Virus record (IMG/VR): IMGVR_UViG_3300035688_000006
Span: 1 to 54,471 of that record
DNA: 54,471 bases
Direction: 5' to 3' (one strand)
DNA from: a virus
Taxonomy: Duplodnaviria > Caudoviricetes
Under the pieces are notes generated by a model. The model was given only the letters and a program-made list of their open reading frames with translations. It was not told where the DNA came from and ran no database searches. A program made the translations under genes and the position numbers. Below, piece by piece: positions 1 through 9,168 of this stretch (its first letter is position 1; every line of letters starts with the position of its first letter).

Positions 1-204
1 CTTAGCAATATGAAAATGGGTGCCAAGAAGGCCGGTCAGGGGAGCAGACTGACTTAGCAAACCTTACAGATCATCTCTGGCAATATCAGTAGCCGACCTA
101 TGCACAGACGATGGCTTAAAACCCGGCCCTCCTCGATATTTTTTAGACCATCTTTGAATGTTATGCCTAGCCGGGCCGCATCCTCTCTAAACGCTTTCGT
201 CATT

Positions 205-531
205 TTAATCCCATCCTTCATTGTCTGATTCAGCGCGCGAATGTCCTTCTTCGTCCATGTTGTTGCCAGCCAATAGATTGGGCAGAAAAGCCTTGGCCAA
301 CTTGAATCCGCCCGTGGCGCCGATTGCGACCTGAACCCAGATCATGAACAGGGCGAACGTGAACGGCGTGGACGTCTCGATGGCTTTGTAACTCACCACA
401 AAGATTGAGACCAAGACGGCCAAGATCGTCCCGGCGATGGGCGCGAGATCATGGCCCAAGAGTTTCTCGAGCCCTTTCTTAATGATCTGCGTCGCCGCCG
501 CTGTCAGTGCGATTAAAGCTATGATGTCCAT
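205..531 (-). CDS. Putative holin (three hydrophobic segments, acidic tail)
   Basis: 108 aa with TM-like stretches; RBS AAGGAG upstream. Confidence 0.55.
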   Translation of the reverse strand: MDIIALIALTAAATQIIKKGLEKLLGHDLAPIAGTILAVLVSIFVVSYKAIETSTPFTFALFMIWVQVAIGATGGFKLAKAFLPNLLAGNNMDEEGHSRAESDNEGWD

Positions 532-555
532 AATGTCTCTCCTTTTCTAATAAAT

Positions 556-897
556 TTAATATACTCGCAAGTGTGATGACTTACTATGCAATCGACGATG
601 GCAAAACATACAAATCCAAATCACTTTGAGAGGTTTCTTATAATCCTCATGATGGGCTTGAATATTTTCCATCTTTCCGCATTTGCAATAAATCGGCCGA
701 ATTACTTTTCCTGATTCTATAAGATGTGCGATAACGTGTTGAGCATATATTTTCTCTGGATTTTTCTGACGCCATTTTTGTACCCTAGCTAGACATTTTT
801 CTTTTGTTTTTTCATAACTTACCGCATGATATCGTCTTTGAGCACCAGGATGCAATGAATTCCATGTCCGCTTATATTCAAACTTATCAAAAGGCAT
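556..897 (-). CDS. HNH-like endonuclease
   Basis: C-x-C...AHHEDYKKPLKVIWICMFCHRRLH motif; AT-rich. Confidence 0.75.
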   Translation of the reverse strand: MPFDKFEYKRTWNSLHPGAQRRYHAVSYEKTKEKCLARVQKWRQKNPEKIYAQHVIAHLIESGKVIRPIYCKCGKMENIQAHHEDYKKPLKVIWICMFCHRRLHSKSSHLRVY

Positions 898-1007
898 TTT
901 TTACCTTTTTTTTGATGGGATATTTTTATAACTCAGCCGGACAATGCCTTTCCCGAGGGCGTAGCCGGCCGCTCCGAACAACAAGCAAAGCGCCCACTGC
1001 CACCACT

Positions 1008-1244
1008 TCATTTCTGGCTATCCGTTCCCGGCGCGACTTCCGCGGATTCAATGACCGGCTCCTTCTTCTCTTCCAGGGGGATGGAAGGCTTGCCTCCGGT
1101 CAATTCCAACTTGGCCCTGGTGGCCTCTTCTGCGTTCAGCCATTCGAGCAATCTCCGAGTGGCCTCCTCTATCGCATCGACGGCTTCTTTGCGATACTGC
1201 GTGACCGCCACTTTTACCCTTTTGATGACCTCCGAATCTGTCAT
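1008..1244 (-). CDS. Hypothetical protein
   Basis: ORF with RBS AAGGAG, tightly packed with neighbours. Confidence 0.6.
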   Translation of the reverse strand: MTDSEVIKRVKVAVTQYRKEAVDAIEEATRRLLEWLNAEEATRAKLELTGGKPSIPLEEKKEPVIESAEVAPGTDSQK

Positions 1245-1376
1245 GTTTTTGGCTCCTTTGTTGTAAGTTTTTCCTTAGGGGGAAAAACTACCTTTTCGGA
1301 TCTGTTCTTCCCCATCTCAAACCCCGCGACTAGCGCCAGAATGATATTTAAACAAACGCTGGCGAAAAGCAGGACA

Positions 1377-1655
1377 CTAATCATCGCTTCCCTCCTTTCG
1401 GTTTATCCCGAGCGCCTTGAACGCCTCTTCCCGGGCCGAGTGCCTTTCCTGCGCCCTCTCCTCAAAATCCCTTTCGATAAAATCCCTTTCGATTCTCTCT
1501 TCGGCTCTCGACGCCCAGGGCGAGAACGACGTCGCCAGTAACGCCGCCGCGAAAAATCCCAAAAAGAAAAGCGCCCCGCCGATGATCACCACGGCCCACA
1601 GCGGGAACCCGGGCGATACTCCGATCCCCAAAAACTCCACGATTGCTTTCGTCAT
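1377..1655 (-). CDS. Membrane protein
   Basis: Start MTKAIVEF overlaps the RuvC stop (ATGA); one long TM segment. Confidence 0.55.
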   Translation of the reverse strand: MTKAIVEFLGIGVSPGFPLWAVVIIGGALFFLGFFAAALLATSFSPWASRAEERIERDFIERDFEERAQERHSAREEAFKALGINRKEGSDD

Positions 1656-2116
1656 TTGCCCTCCTCTCCATATTTTTCCTTGGCATAGGCCAGGATAAGC
1701 CAAGCCTCTGCCTCGTCCTCTGAATTGAAAGACCGGCCGGCCCTCCGGACCGCCGCGGCTATCATTTCCGGTTTTTTCGACTTCCCCGTCTTGGTAGCCC
1801 ATTTCTTTAGCTCCATCGAATGGACCATGCCGTACTGGATCCCCCGCGCCGCGCAATATTCCTGGACTCGAGTAGCCATCCCAACCAGGACGTCATTCGC
1901 CGCGCCTCCTCTACAATGGGGCTGTTCGTAAATAACCAAGTCCGGCTTTTCCCTGTCCAAGCAATCCCGCAGCCAGGATCCCCACCGCAGGAACCTCATG
2001 CCGCGGCTTTCTCCCCTGCTTTCCGAGACCTGGAAGAAACCTGATTCTACCGGACCGCCGCCCGGATCCATGGCAAATCCCGTTTTTAACCCAAGGTCCA
2101 ACGCTATGATTTTCAT
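1652..2116 (-). CDS. ruvC: Holliday junction resolvase, RuvC-like
   Basis: IIALDLGLKTGFA, VIYEQP, ELKKWATKTGKSKK, EDEAEA acidic motifs. Confidence 0.85.
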   Translation of the reverse strand: MKIIALDLGLKTGFAMDPGGGPVESGFFQVSESRGESRGMRFLRWGSWLRDCLDREKPDLVIYEQPHCRGGAANDVLVGMATRVQEYCAARGIQYGMVHSMELKKWATKTGKSKKPEMIAAAVRRAGRSFNSEDEAEAWLILAYAKEKYGEEGK

Positions 2117-2323
2117 CTAATGCGTCCTTTTCCCCTCTTCGATTTCCTCTTCATCTCCGATTGGGATGGCCAGGAGACCCAAATCTTTTACCGGCCCCAG
2201 CTTGTCCCAGTCCCTCTTGGCCTTCCTTATCGCCTTTGCCTGGGCCTCGCCCGAGTCTGTGCTCTCGATGAATATGTCGACAAACTCTGAGAATTTGAAC
2301 ACCCGGATTTTATGGATTATCAT
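2117..2323 (-). CDS. Hypothetical protein
   Basis: MIIHKIRVF start overlaps the initiator stop; abuts ruvC. Confidence 0.55.
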   Translation of the reverse strand: MIIHKIRVFKFSEFVDIFIESTDSGEAQAKAIRKAKRDWDKLGPVKDLGLLAIPIGDEEEIEEGKRTH

Positions 2324-3129
2324 TTTCTTGCCTTCCCCACCATTTTCTCTTTCTTTCTTTCTATCTCGATCTTCCGGCCCATCTTGAACCAATTCCTGAA
2401 CTGCAAACAAAGATTCGACTTCTCTGTCGGTGGCTGCTTGATCCAATGAGTCAATTTTCCCTCGATCTCCTCACAGGCGTCCAAGTCCTTGAATTCCCAG
2501 GTCAGCATGACCAAATAATCGAAAAATGTTTTATCCTCTAGGAGATTTTCTCGGCCATACTTCTTGAATAACTTTGGGATTTCCTCAAGAGCTTGTTCTA
2601 CCCATTTGGGAGGCGGCACGTCTTTCTTCTCTTCGGGAGTGACTTCACCTTCCTCAGAACCAAATGGAAGCCTAAATAACTTCCCTTCTCTTAAATTCCC
2701 TTTACTTAACTTATCTTTACTTAAGCTTCCATTTGTATCCACTTGGGTTCCAACTGGTTCCATTTGGGTTCCAATCTCATGTTTTAAATATTCTTTTGGT
2801 TCTGGATATTCGGCCTTTTTGAGCCGATCCGTTTTGAACGTTTGATGCTTTTCAAAATCGACTATCTCCAAATATTTTTCATCCTTCACCACATATAATT
2901 TGATAAGTTCGATTTTCCATAATTCATCAATCCTACGGAATATTTCCGCCAATTTTATCTTCCTTAAGGTATAAACCTGCCCTTTCAATATCTCCGGTTC
3001 GGCGTGATACCGGCCATAATCATCGGCTTTAATGTTAACGCGATAGTATAAATTCTCGGCACCCTCAGAGATGGCATTAATTTTCTTGCTCAGGATAACT
3101 ACCTTGTCGATCATGCGTCCTCTGGCCAT
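2320..3129 (-). CDS. Phage replication initiator / replisome organizer
   Basis: N-terminal MARGRMI...ADDYGR motif, low-complexity repetitive linker, C-terminal helical domain; upstream of ruvC. Confidence 0.75.
   Translation of the reverse strand: MARGRMIDKVVILSKKINAISEGAENLYYRVNIKADDYGRYHAEPEILKGQVYTLRKIKLAEIFRRIDELWKIELIKLYVVKDEKYLEIVDFEKHQTFKTDRLKKAEYPEPKEYLKHEIGTQMEPVGTQVDTNGSLSKDKLSKGNLREGKLFRLPFGSEEGEVTPEEKKDVPPPKWVEQALEEIPKLFKKYGRENLLEDKTFFDYLVMLTWEFKDLDACEEIEGKLTHWIKQPPTEKSNLCLQFRNWFKMGRKIEIERKKEKMVGKARK
2700..2775. repeat. Short iteron-like repeats inside the initiator gene (candidate origin)
   Basis: TTGGGTTCCA at 2743 and 2764 with CTGGTTCCA between; CTTTACTTAA at 2700 and 2715. 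Confidence 0.45.
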
Positions 3130-3675
3130 TTAAAAATCCTTATAAGTTGTGATAAAAGCATTTTTTATTTTTTTTATAGGAAATGAATAAAAATTTGACG
3201 ATCCGTGTTTTATATTTTGTTGTAATTTCCCGAATTTTTCCAGCCCCCCCGCTTTTTCGACGATGATTTTATATTTTACGATATCGATCAACGCCCATTT
3301 AAAAAAATTCTCCTCCTTCTCATCCGCCCAACCATAAAAATAAATTTGTGCACCTAAAGAAAACCATTCTCCCGGATTCTCATATATAGTTCCGACTGCA
3401 TTAAAATATTCCTGCGTAAAATCTGCACCGAATGTCTTATAATAATAATAGGTTCTATATTTTTCCTGGATACTTATCCATTGACGACTCTTTAAATTTA
3501 TGAGACTGTCGATTCCAAACTCTTTGTCTAAGATATGGACCCTAACGCCCCGTTCTCTCAAATCTTTTAATTCGCAATCCGGGAATATCTTAGAATAAAT
3601 CTTTAAAGCAGCGGGTTTCATTTTTATCCTGAATTTTTCAGTGTCAGGTAGCCAAATTTTACGGTTATTTCCCAT
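3130..3675 (-). CDS. Methyltransferase-associated protein, possible PD-(D/E)XK nuclease
   Basis: GID...IQEK motif; AT-rich; overlaps the MTase end. Confidence 0.45.
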   Translation of the reverse strand: MGNNRKIWLPDTEKFRIKMKPAALKIYSKIFPDCELKDLRERGVRVHILDKEFGIDSLINLKSRQWISIQEKYRTYYYYKTFGADFTQEYFNAVGTIYENPGEWFSLGAQIYFYGWADEKEENFFKWALIDIVKYKIIVEKAGGLEKFGKLQQNIKHGSSNFYSFPIKKIKNAFITTYKDF

Positions 3676-4807
3676 AACAGGCTATTCTTTTTTGAGCTAA
3701 TTTTATATATTCAGGATCGATTTCAATTCCATGAAATCGCCTTTTTAATTGAATGACTGCGATTCCCGTAGTTCCCGATCCCATAAAAGGATCGGCAATT
3801 AATTCACCGGCTCTCGTTACTGCATTAACAAGCCACTTCATGACGGAGAGCGGCTTTTGGGTTGGATGCTGTTTTTGATCTACACCGTTAAAATTAGATT
3901 GGGGAACGGCGGCGACGTGGCAATCGAAATCATTCAATCCTTTTCCCCATTCCCCGCCTCCCAGATTAATCTCGCGATTGGAATCCATTTTCCTATAAAA
4001 AAAGATCGGTTCCCAGGTTTGTTTAAAACCGATTCTGCTTTGAGGGCTTTTATTGTTGGCGTAATGCCAAATGAGCAATTGCTGAAATTTATAGCCTTTT
4101 AAAGAATCATCGAACCAACGACGACCCTCCCAGAGATACCGTTGACTCCAGAAAATCAATATCGTCTCAGCTTTGCAAACTGACCATTCGGCCGCCCATT
4201 TTCTTGTAAAACTTTCAAGATCTTTAGGCTCCCATGATTCGTCTTTTATTCCATAGGGTGGATCGGTTATCAAACTAGCGCATTCGATGACGGATTGATT
4301 CGTAGTAATTTTATAATCTATTCCGGGACCGGCTTTAGCTAAAGCCGCTACTTCTTTCTCTTCATTTTTTAATTTCCGTATCTCTTTTAAAGCAGTTCTC
4401 AATATCGGCAAATTCTCCGTTTTTAAAGCTTCCTCTATGATCGATTTTATAATCTCCTGATATTCCGCCGCCCTCTGCGCATAGTGCGACGTTCTCTTGG
4501 ATATCCCGGGGGGGAGAATTGACGTGGTTCTATGCTGGGAACCACGTTCGGAATCAAATTTACTTTTGCTTTTATCAATCCCCCTCAGCAATTCCCCGAG
4601 CCTCACCCAAGCCCAAAGCAGACGCTCCGCCATTCGCTGCGCATCTTTTACGGCAGCGTCTCTGACGGCTCCCATTATATGAACTTTATCTATTGCCCGG
4701 AGTTGAGCTTTTTGCGCCTTTAATTTTTCGTCTCCTATTAAAATAAAATCTCTAATTTTGTCAATTGTAGCTGGCAAATCTTGCGGTCTCTTAATTATGC
4801 TTTTCAT
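3665..4807 (-). CDS. DNA N6-adenine/N4-cytosine methyltransferase (beta class) with N-terminal extension
   Basis: TDPPY catalytic motif precedes HPTQKP and DPFMGSGTT SAM-binding motif. Confidence 0.92.
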   Translation of the reverse strand: MKSIIKRPQDLPATIDKIRDFILIGDEKLKAQKAQLRAIDKVHIMGAVRDAAVKDAQRMAERLLWAWVRLGELLRGIDKSKSKFDSERGSQHRTTSILPPGISKRTSHYAQRAAEYQEIIKSIIEEALKTENLPILRTALKEIRKLKNEEKEVAALAKAGPGIDYKITTNQSVIECASLITDPPYGIKDESWEPKDLESFTRKWAAEWSVCKAETILIFWSQRYLWEGRRWFDDSLKGYKFQQLLIWHYANNKSPQSRIGFKQTWEPIFFYRKMDSNREINLGGGEWGKGLNDFDCHVAAVPQSNFNGVDQKQHPTQKPLSVMKWLVNAVTRAGELIADPFMGSGTTGIAVIQLKRRFHGIEIDPEYIKLAQKRIACYGK

Positions 4808-4818
4808 CTTATCCCTTT

Positions 4819-4963
4819 AAAAAAAATAAAACCCCCCGCAACCTATGAGAGAATGTGCTTCGCCTTGGATAAGGAAAGACATTCAGTCTTGGGGGGTTTA
4901 TATTCTTTCATGTACACATTCTCTCATGTCCCAATTCTATTAAACTAAAATAGCCCTTGTCAA
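4819..4963 (-). promoter_or_regulatory. Sigma70-type promoter plus structured 5' leader
   Basis: TTGACA(4963-4958)-N18-TAGAAT(4939-4934); crossing stems 4845-4857/4915-4927 and 4826-4837/4891-4901; U-tract before RBS. Confidence 0.65.
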
Positions 4964-5063
4964 GCGAAAAGATAAGGCCGGGAGGGAAGGGCGTTTTGAA
5001 AGGAAGTTGGCTAAGACCATAAAGGAGGGATCCCTTCCTCGCAGTGGACTCTCGGCCATTTAT

Positions 5064-5414
5064 TCAAGCCTTATTTTTTTCGACGTAGGCCCGGTAGGAA
5101 CTTGACAATTCTTCGGCCTCCGCTGGCGTAATAATGCCTTTCAGCATTATCTCCGTGATACCGCCGGCCTTGTCGATATCGGAAAATGTGAGGAGTCTTT
5201 CCGCAATCAACTTCGCCGCAAGTTCATCCGATATCTCGATCGCGTCCAATGGTTCCTCTGGCTTCTCCCCCGGCTGTTCGTTGAGCCCGTCCGCGATGCT
5301 CAAAACCGCGCACTGATTTAAACGCTTGTGCCAGAACCCACAATCCTCGCCAAAACATTGTCCCATCCAACCCGGGGGGATATCTGGCCTTCCAATAAAA
5401 ACTGGACATCTCAT
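5064..5414 (-). CDS. Hypothetical Cys-rich protein
   Basis: ORF with GGAGG RBS. Confidence 0.6.
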   Translation of the reverse strand: MRCPVFIGRPDIPPGWMGQCFGEDCGFWHKRLNQCAVLSIADGLNEQPGEKPEEPLDAIEISDELAAKLIAERLLTFSDIDKAGGITEIMLKGIITPAEAEELSSSYRAYVEKNKA

Positions 5415-5430
5415 CTTTTACCTCCCATGT

Positions 5431-5697
5431 TCATTCCGGAAACTCTATTACCCCGGCCGTCAGGGCCAGAATATTGTACGCGCTGAACCCATATCTTGAT
5501 TGCAGTTCATTCGTTATCGGTCTGATATCGGCCTTTCCGATGGCCTCCGAGAATTTACCGCAGAGATTACGCAACGAATCAGCGCAGGCGATTCCGCGAT
5601 CTTCGGGCATGGCCGGACAGGAAGCGCAGCCCAACCCGTCGGGGACGTTTTTCTCCCGGCAATAATTATCTTGTTCGAGAAATTGAGCATGTGTCAT
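5431..5697 (-). CDS. Hypothetical Cys-rich protein
   Basis: ORF with GGAGG RBS, CxxC. Confidence 0.55.
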   Translation of the reverse strand: MTHAQFLEQDNYCREKNVPDGLGCASCPAMPEDRGIACADSLRNLCGKFSEAIGKADIRPITNELQSRYGFSAYNILALTAGVIEFPE

Positions 5698-5980
5698 CTT
5701 TCACCTCCCATATACTTTTTCATAAACCAACCGATCGAAACCATGAAAATCATGTAGAATATCCCGAGTCCGATCAGCCCCAGGACGTAGTATTCCATCA
5801 TTTTTTGAGCCAAACATCACCCTTATTATGAAAATATTTTATTGCCTCGGCGTGATTCTCTGCCGTGAGTCCTTCGGGATGAATGACTATCCATTCTGCG
5901 AGAATCAATTTCCTCCTCGCTAAAAACTCATGCAACCTTTCACGTCGTTCTTCCGATGTTAGTCTCATGCTTTTCCTCCT

Positions 5981-6172
5981 CTATTTTTTACCCCTTGGCT
6001 TATGCTCTATAATCCACTCTGGCTTAGGGCACTTACACCTTGAATAATGTTCGCCACATTTTTTGCATTTCCGATAAGCGAAAGAACCCATGCCCGCAAT
6101 GGAATTGAGCCGCTCTTTAATATCAGGGCAAACACATTCAGAAAGGTCTCGATTACATTTACAGCACCACAT
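5981..6172 (-). CDS. Small zinc-finger protein
   Basis: Two CxxC...CxCP units. Confidence 0.6.
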   Translation of the reverse strand: MWCCKCNRDLSECVCPDIKERLNSIAGMGSFAYRKCKKCGEHYSRCKCPKPEWIIEHKPRGKK

Positions 6173-6173
6173 T

Positions 6174-6872
6174 TTATTTCTCCTTCATCAGCCTCTCAAG
6201 ATTCGTTTTCTTTTTTATGGGAACGCCGGCCACGGTTAGCATATAAATAAATCTCTCAACCTTTTCCCACAACGGCTCCTCTAATCCGCATCCCTTTGAA
6301 TCGGCACCTATGTTCACAAACTCTGGCTTTAGATTCATGAGCATAAGCGCCAGACCATCGGGGTCGAAATCAAGAATCGGCTCGACGGTGATAAAGATTT
6401 TAGCCGACGTTCTTTCCCTGAGTGAAAGCATGTCCAGAAAGCGCTTCATCGGCGGAGGGGCCATCGAGAGTCCGGGAACCACCCTGTTCGTCTCGATCGT
6501 CGTCCCGATCATAAAATGTGGAGGAAAAGAATCAATCAGAGACCTGGCTCTCCCTGGATTCTTTGTCTGAAAAATGTACTCATTATCCGGATACGCCTTA
6601 CAATGATTGAGTATCGAAAATATCATCCCTCCCGGCACCGCCTCCGCAAACATATCGTTCATGTGCTCGATGAAGATGATTTTCCCGGCACCGTAGTTGA
6701 CCCCGAACTCCGACTGAATCAACCGAAGGGGCCCACTATACCTAGCGCCTGGGCCGAACGCGCTCCGTTGCACGTAACAGTACTTGCACTTATGCGGGCA
6801 CTCGCCGCCCAGGTGAGAATGGGTATGCGTCACCCAGTCGTACATGTTGCCTTTGGATTTTTTCAAGCTCAC
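6174..6872 (-). CDS. Radical SAM protein (DUF5131/Gp37-Gp68-like)
   Basis: CPHKCKYC motif, FQTKNP, TVEPIL, NIGADS; probable GTG start with AAGGAG RBS. Confidence 0.8.
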   Translation of the reverse strand: MSLKKSKGNMYDWVTHTHSHLGGECPHKCKYCYVQRSAFGPGARYSGPLRLIQSEFGVNYGAGKIIFIEHMNDMFAEAVPGGMIFSILNHCKAYPDNEYIFQTKNPGRARSLIDSFPPHFMIGTTIETNRVVPGLSMAPPPMKRFLDMLSLRERTSAKIFITVEPILDFDPDGLALMLMNLKPEFVNIGADSKGCGLEEPLWEKVERFIYMLTVAGVPIKKKTNLERLMKEK

Positions 6873-7120
6873 GGCATCTCCTTGATTACTATTTTTTCTT
6901 CTTTTACTCTGCCTTCGATTTTTCCCTTTACGTTTTTCGCCCAAAAGTTAATCGTCACGAGCGGATAGGCGGATCCTGTCATCATTCGGCTTTCGACCCT
7001 AGCTCCGCATATTCCCTCAATCTTCTTACCGTCTATCTTCAAAAAGAACTCCGGCTCGATGCCGACCTTGGATGGGAAATTGATTTCCACCTCATGGAGT
7101 TTGTCTCCAAATGCGCTCAT
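6869..7120 (-). CDS. Hypothetical protein
   Basis: ORF with AAGGAG RBS. Confidence 0.55.
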   Translation of the reverse strand: MSAFGDKLHEVEINFPSKVGIEPEFFLKIDGKKIEGICGARVESRMMTGSAYPLVTINFWAKNVKGKIEGRVKEEKIVIKEMP

Positions 7121-7133
7121 TGATTTATGCTCC

Positions 7134-7433
7134 TTATTTCATCCCCAAGAGCTCTTTGATGGGCCTTTCCAATATTATCTTACCAAGCTGAGCTATATAA
7201 TTCTGATTGTGCGGCTTCGACAGGAACTCCAATAATTCTCTATCGTCCATTTTGTAGTCCGGCGCTGGCTCTTCGTCCAAACAGATTGACATCGCGAGAT
7301 AAACGACCGAGACCGGACGCAACCTTAGCCCCTCGGCGCTTGCTTCCATATCCAACATAAAAAAGCACCTGATCTTTTTCTTGAACTCCTCGTTCCCCAT
7401 GAACTCCGCAACCCTGTCATAATTTATCCTCAT
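7134..7433 (-). CDS. Hypothetical protein
   Basis: ORF with AGGAGG RBS. Confidence 0.6.
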   Translation of the reverse strand: MRINYDRVAEFMGNEEFKKKIRCFFMLDMEASAEGLRLRPVSVVYLAMSICLDEEPAPDYKMDDRELLEFLSKPHNQNYIAQLGKIILERPIKELLGMK

Positions 7434-7443
7434 CCTTCCTCCT

Positions 7444-7683
7444 TTAAACCCGATACTTAAGAACGATACCGGGAAAGAAATATCTCGCCAACGCCTCGTC
7501 CAGCTTGCAGCCGTGAAGGGCTGTCCACCTCATCGCCCTCTTCCTATCGTCACAGTTGTTGCCACCGATGTAGGCAGCCCAGTCCACCTCCGGAGTTATC
7601 ACCGCGGCCACGGCCACCTCGAAACCGTTGGCGTTCCAATAAGGACCGTAAAGCAGAACGCGGCCGTCAATCAGCTCGATCAT
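7444..7683 (-). CDS. Hypothetical phage protein
   Basis: DWAAYIG...HGCKL...A..FFP pattern; RBS GGAGG. Confidence 0.6.
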   Translation of the reverse strand: MIELIDGRVLLYGPYWNANGFEVAVAAVITPEVDWAAYIGGNNCDDRKRAMRWTALHGCKLDEALARYFFPGIVLKYRV

Positions 7684-8180
7684 TATTTTACCTCCCTACA
7701 TTTGCAGTCGGCAACATTATTATTTTTTAATGTGCCCCATACTCTAATGCCGTGACAAAATGGACAAAATATAACAAAACACTTATTACATTTATGATTA
7801 TCCACTTCTCTGATTCTACAAATTGGACAGCTGCCTTCGCATCCACAATTACTCATCTCCCCTACCTCCATGCCGAGTTCGGCGAGCATGAGGATAAGAA
7901 TTCCACCGGTTATCACAGGGTCGTCCTTACCGACCGCAAGAATTCTGCGTGTCCATTCTGTTAATGTTTCCTTCGTCACCGTCCGCTTGGATTCGATGAG
8001 GACGTTTTTTTCTCGTTCAATAATAGATTTGATCTGGCCGAACAAATAAGCTATCTCATCCCGCGATAGAATTTTTCCATCTAATAAATATTGGAATTCC
8101 TCTTGCCACCAAAAAAATTCTACCTTTTCCTCTTTCGTCGGTTTCAGTTTGCCAAACTTGAGTTCACTTAGAAAGTTCAT
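7683..8180 (-). CDS. Hypothetical protein (paralog family) with C-terminal Cys-rich domain
   Basis: Shares LxxxGxEV motif with neighbours; internal RBS and Met before the Cys-rich part. Confidence 0.55.
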   Translation of the reverse strand: MNFLSELKFGKLKPTKEEKVEFFWWQEEFQYLLDGKILSRDEIAYLFGQIKSIIEREKNVLIESKRTVTKETLTEWTRRILAVGKDDPVITGGILILMLAELGMEVGEMSNCGCEGSCPICRIREVDNHKCNKCFVIFCPFCHGIRVWGTLKNNNVADCKCREVK

Positions 8181-8788
8181 TCCTTCACCTCCGCACCGAT
8201 TAATTCAAGACCAAGAATCAATTCCTCAGCAACTGCCTTTGGTAAAAGTATTCCTTGCGGGCATTTAAAAAAGAACATGACTGAACCATTAAATGAAGAC
8301 CGTTCAATTTTAACACTCGGCTTCCGGGCCTTGATTATGGCGCGGATTTTGTCCGTAAGTTTCTTGGCGTTATAACATCCCCCTCTGAATCGGATCTCGC
8401 CCCTCGTCCCGATAAATGCCTCAACAATATCTGTCATTTCCTTCCTTTCCTCATCCGTCGGCTCCTTCGGCTCGTAATCAGCGCGTCCCTCTGCGTATCC
8501 GGTATCTCGGATAATCTTCGCCGCTGAAAATTCGACACCTAACTTCTCGGCTAGGCGCATTAGGCTTTCATTGCCGGTGATATTGATAAACGCTGGATTT
8601 GTTACGACAATTTTCTTCATTTGTTCAGAGGTCGCAAATTCAAAAGATATGTCCCCGTCTTTTTTCTCTTTGAGCATAAGCCGAAGTTGGGCGAGGGCGT
8701 TCCCGGCGATCGCACCAATCGGGGCGCACGTGTCGGCCAAGTGCTTCTCTAACCAATCTAACCATGCCAGCAACGCTTCATTTTTCAT
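8177..8788 (-). CDS. Hypothetical protein (paralog family)
   Basis: LLAWLD...KIRAIIKA...GAEVKE. Confidence 0.6.
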   Translation of the reverse strand: MKNEALLAWLDWLEKHLADTCAPIGAIAGNALAQLRLMLKEKKDGDISFEFATSEQMKKIVVTNPAFINITGNESLMRLAEKLGVEFSAAKIIRDTGYAEGRADYEPKEPTDEERKEMTDIVEAFIGTRGEIRFRGGCYNAKKLTDKIRAIIKARKPSVKIERSSFNGSVMFFFKCPQGILLPKAVAEELILGLELIGAEVKE

Positions 8789-9168
8789 TCCTTCACCTCC
8801 ACGCCATGAATTTTAAGAAATTCAACGATAGAGCCACCCTCGTATGAAAAATCTCGTATTTCATCCATAGTCACGCTCACCTTCGGGGCCTTGATGGTGG
8901 CGCGGATTTTGGAGAAAAAGAAAAGGTCTCTCTATGCATGATACCGTGCATCCTGTGATGTGTTATTCTCAAATATGAAACGGATTGTCGGCTCCTTGCT
9001 ATCTAACCACGCCAATATTTCCTTTAGGTCTTCCTGTACCGGCCCCAGCAAAATATCATAGAGCTGGACCAGGGCCTCCCTATCTTCTTGCTTGACATCT
9101 ATGAGAGGGGACAGAAGTGTCATCCACCTGGAAATAATGCTGTACAACTTCACGTTGGAAAAATTCAT
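8785..9168 (-). pseudogene. Paralog-family gene interrupted by in-frame TAG at 8932-8934
   Basis: Frame continues past TAG as RDLFFFSKIRATIKAPKVSV...HGVEVKE, matching 8177..8788, and ends overlapping the next ATG. Confidence 0.6.

Noticed and set aside
1-203. Non-coding RNA at the left end
   Set aside because: Largely explained by a 49-aa minus-strand ORF (MTKAFRED...) with a plausible RBS
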